A program made the position numbers and the translations under genes. This document shows, piece by piece, positions 60,741-64,000 of a stretch of 64,000 nucleotides of DNA. The stretch comes from Thecamonas trahens ATCC 50062. Its lineage: Eukaryota > Protista > Apusomonadida. The notes beneath the pieces are model-generated. The model did not search any database. It was not told where the DNA came from and saw nothing but the letters and a program-made list of their open reading frames with translations. The first letter of the stretch is position 1; the number at the start of each line of letters is the position of its first letter. Location of the stretch: assembly GCF_000142905.1 (NCBI RefSeq), contig NW_013657677.1, forward strand, positions 62,001 to 126,000. Reading direction: 5' to 3'.

Positions 60741-63700
60741 ATGCGTGGACGTACGTGTCGTTGACCCCCCCCTCCCCCTCCGCTCTTTCCACAAACTGAA
60801 CAAGTCACTGGGCCGCCGCCTCCCTCCCCTCCCCCCCCCCCCCACACACACACTCACCCCCCCCCATACACACACACTCACACTCACCCCGTCATACTCT
60901 TACTCTTACTCTCTTTGATATGCCCATGTTATGTCTCTTTCTTTCTGTACACACACAGGTGTACTCTCGTCCATTTCAGAGGAATCGTCGTCCGTCACCT
61001 CGCCCGACCGCCACAGACCACAGCGGCATCAGGGCCATCGTCGCTCAGGTGGCTCAGGTGGTGTGGTGGGCTCTACAAGGGGACGTGGGGTGAGTGCAAG
61101 AGGAAGTGGTGGTGCTCGTCGTAGAGGTCGAGGCGGTGGATTGCGGAGCACTTCGCCTTCTCCCACCACTAGCAGTGCGAGATCGGGTCCAAGGCCGCGC
61201 CAGCGCAAGCGGCCGTCGCCCAGAAGTCGCGTCCGTGGTGCAGCCGCTCGTCGTCGCTCACCGCTCGCCCCGCCAGAGCCGGTAGCCGAGGACGATGCCG
61301 AGGATGTGAAGGCGGCCGCGTTTTCGCTGACCAAGGGCGAGCTGGCCGCGCTGGGCGTCGGGGGCGGCGACGACGAGGACGACGATGAGGACACGTCGCT
61401 GCTCTCGTCGCGGATGCTCAACCAGGGCTTGCCCACCCTGCCAGAGTCGTCATCCCACATGCTGTTCAAGTCGGTTTCGTCGTCGTCACTGATGTCGTCG
61501 ACCCAGGCGCTACCATCCAAGCTCCTTGTCGACGCGCCCGAGCTGGACATGGGCTCCGAGCTCAACTCGCCGCACGACTCGGACTCGGAGGTGACGAACT
61601 CAGAAGTCAGTGACGTGGCCTCCGGCCTCGGTGGACTCAGCCTCACCCTCGCAACGCCGCAAGCGGCCATGCTGGAAAAGGCCCGCCTCATACGGGTCGA
61701 TGAGGCCAAATCCGCTGCCGCCAACGAGACCATTTTCCATTCGCTCTTTGACCAGTTCCAGGCCCTCGCCCATCAACTGCCCGGCTCGCACTCGCTTGTT
61801 GTCAGCATGGTCAAGGGTGACATTGACGGCCTCGGGCCGAACGAGGCCTTCTCCTCGACCTTTTCGCCGCTCATCGCTGCCGCCCAGCTACTGCAGGCCG
61901 TTGTCGGCCTGGGGTGCCATCTTTTGACCTCGACTGGGCGCGCAGCTGCAGAGCCGGAGCGAGTCGCCATCACTGCCGCCATTCAAACCGTCCTCACGCC
62001 CGAGATCGAGGGTGCAGGCGTAGTTCACATGCTCAACAAGGTCCTCCGCCGAGTCGAACCCGCTGCCAACAACATTGTCCTTTCGCTTGTGGTCGGCGTT
62101 GTTGTCGCGATCGTCAAATCGCTGCAGCTGGCCAACTTGAGGAGCCAGCATAAGGAGTTTGTGACGAGCGTGCTCAAAGAGCACAATGCCCTGCACGATG
62201 CCGACTGGCGCGGCGCTGCTAGCCTCCTCGCCGCTCTCAACAAGGCGCTTCCAGCACCGCCCGACGGCTGGGTCGCCTCACAGGACGCCCACGCTCTGCG
62301 CTCGGTCAAGTCCTCGGCCTCGCTTGCCACGCTCACTCTCGAGACCACCCCGCGCAAGCGCCACATCTCGCTCAGCGCTCCAGCAGACGCCGCAGGCGGT
62401 GCCGTCCTCGGTCTCTCGACTTCGCCCGGTGCCGGCGTCAACCTTGTTCGGCCCATCGCCCAGTACCTCGAGGAGATGGAAACCCTCATCCACAACCTCT
62501 GCTCGCTGCATTCGCTCAGCAGCCCCGCGCCCGAGCCATCGTGGGGCGCACTTCTTCGCTCCGCCTTTGGCATTCCGCTCTCGCAGGAGGACGCCATCGA
62601 GTCCAAGGACAATGCCATCACTGTCATGCGCTTCTACATGACCCACAAACAGCTCTCGTTCCTCCGCGACTATACCACCGCAACCCAGCTCGAGACGCTC
62701 CAGCTCGCGTTCAAGGCTGCATCGGCTACGTCGACTTCATCCGACGCCTTTCTGGAGACGCTTTCGGCGACGACCGGCGCGGCGTCAATCCTGTTCCACG
62801 GCCATGCCGACGTTTCCACCGCTCAGCTCTTTGCCGAAGCCATCCAGCAGTGCCTCTGCCGCCGCATGCAGCCGCCGTCGCCGCTCGTCTCCATGTTCAG
62901 CGGTGTGATGGAGGCACTCCACACCCGCAGCGCAGGCAGCCGAGACAGCTGCAACAAGCTGTCGGCCGCTGCCCTCGTTGTCCGCGACGAGCTCTTCGAC
63001 CTGCCGTGGATCAACCAGTCGCGCGCGCTCCAAGGCCTCGCTGCCGAGCTCGCATGCAAGGTTGAAGCTGCGGCGCCAGGCTCGCTGCCGCTTCCAGCCT
63101 TTAAGGCCTTTACTCATGAGGTGATTCAGGTGCTTTCGGCTCTGTGCGAAGACGTCCGCATCCTTATGGGCCCACCGCCGTTTTCGGCGCCGTTCATGGT
63201 GGTCGGCCTCGACGAGCTGGCGCTCGGCCTCGTCAATCACTCGACAGCCCTCACCGTCGGTGTCATCTACGAAGCTGCGTCGTCCAACACCGAGTACTCG
63301 GCCGCACTCAGCTCTTCGACTGGCGACGTCGATGCGCCGGGCGTGCCGAGCTACAGCGAAGTCCTTGGCGAGTACTTTGCCCGCTTCCTTGCTCTCCTCA
63401 AGATGAAGCTCGAGGCAGCTTGCGTCACACTTGGATCGTCGATCCGACTCGGCATCAAAGCCACGTCAGTCTCCAGTAGCTCGGTGCTTGTTGGCACTAT
63501 TGACTCCATCTCGGACGCCATCCGCACACTCACCGGCCATGTCCGCGATGACCCGCTTGCGGCGCAGCTCGCGCTACTCTGCGACGCTGTTCCGGTCTTT
63601 GCCACCAAGCATGCCGCGACGCTCCTGCCGCGGCTGAATGCTGCGATTGGCGCAGTCCTCAACGGAGCCCACCAGCTGCTGGGCGGGCGCGTCCGCGACG

Positions 63701-64000
63701 TCCTTGCCCATGCCGTCCTGCGCGCTGGGCGGCACACGTTTTCACCTGTTCTCTTCGAGTCGTCGTCGCACGCTCTTGACGTCGGTGTCCACCTCGCGGC
63801 TCTGCCGGCGGCTGTCATTCGTGGCCTCACCCTCCGGTTTGGTGTCGAGCAGCCGTATTCGACCCAAGGCCCGCGCATTGTCGGCGGCTCCGCGCTCGAC
63901 CTCGGCGAGCCGTCGTCACCGGTCGGTGAGCCGCTGCCGATGCTAGTCGACGCTGGCCGCGGCGCGAAGGCGGCGAGCGGAGGTGCGGTCGGTCTCTTTG
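60741..64000 (+). CDS. Large hypothetical protein, 3' partial; intron 60751-60958
   Basis: ATG CGT GGA C|GTACGT...ACAG|GT gives MRGRVLSSISEE; the frame appears open with typical codon usage to the window end. Confidence 0.7.

Overview
GC-rich, gene-dense eukaryotic nuclear DNA with few spliceosomal introns (donors mostly GTACG, introns full of G/C runs and CA/GT microsatellites). The style suggests a unicellular protist, possibly an apusomonad such as Thecamonas; that is inference only. About 27 protein-coding genes can be supported: a USP deubiquitinase, class-3 lipase, V-ATPase c'', RPSA, API5-like, triple-HMG, PLAC8-like, Ras, a RimL-type GNAT fusion, METTL18, LTV1, MRPS34, EFTUD2, SZT2, methylmalonyl-CoA mutase, FARSA, MED19-like, C2CD5 and several hypothetical proteins. 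A 1.4-kb hAT DNA transposon (14-bp TIRs, 8-bp TSD) and several tandem repeats are also present. At least 11 reading-frame breaks can each be repaired by adding one base, mostly in a homopolymer; these are most likely assembly errors. The best leads are: a heavily base-paired intron that splits the RPSA start codon, a diverged gapless duplicated non-coding unit in the FARSA/MED19 divergent promoter, a GNAT fused to an LFa-like/acidic-Trp tail, a GPI-type Cys/His repeat protein beside the B12 enzyme, and a degenerate receptor cyclase. All calls come from manual motif recognition; no database searches or folding programs were run.
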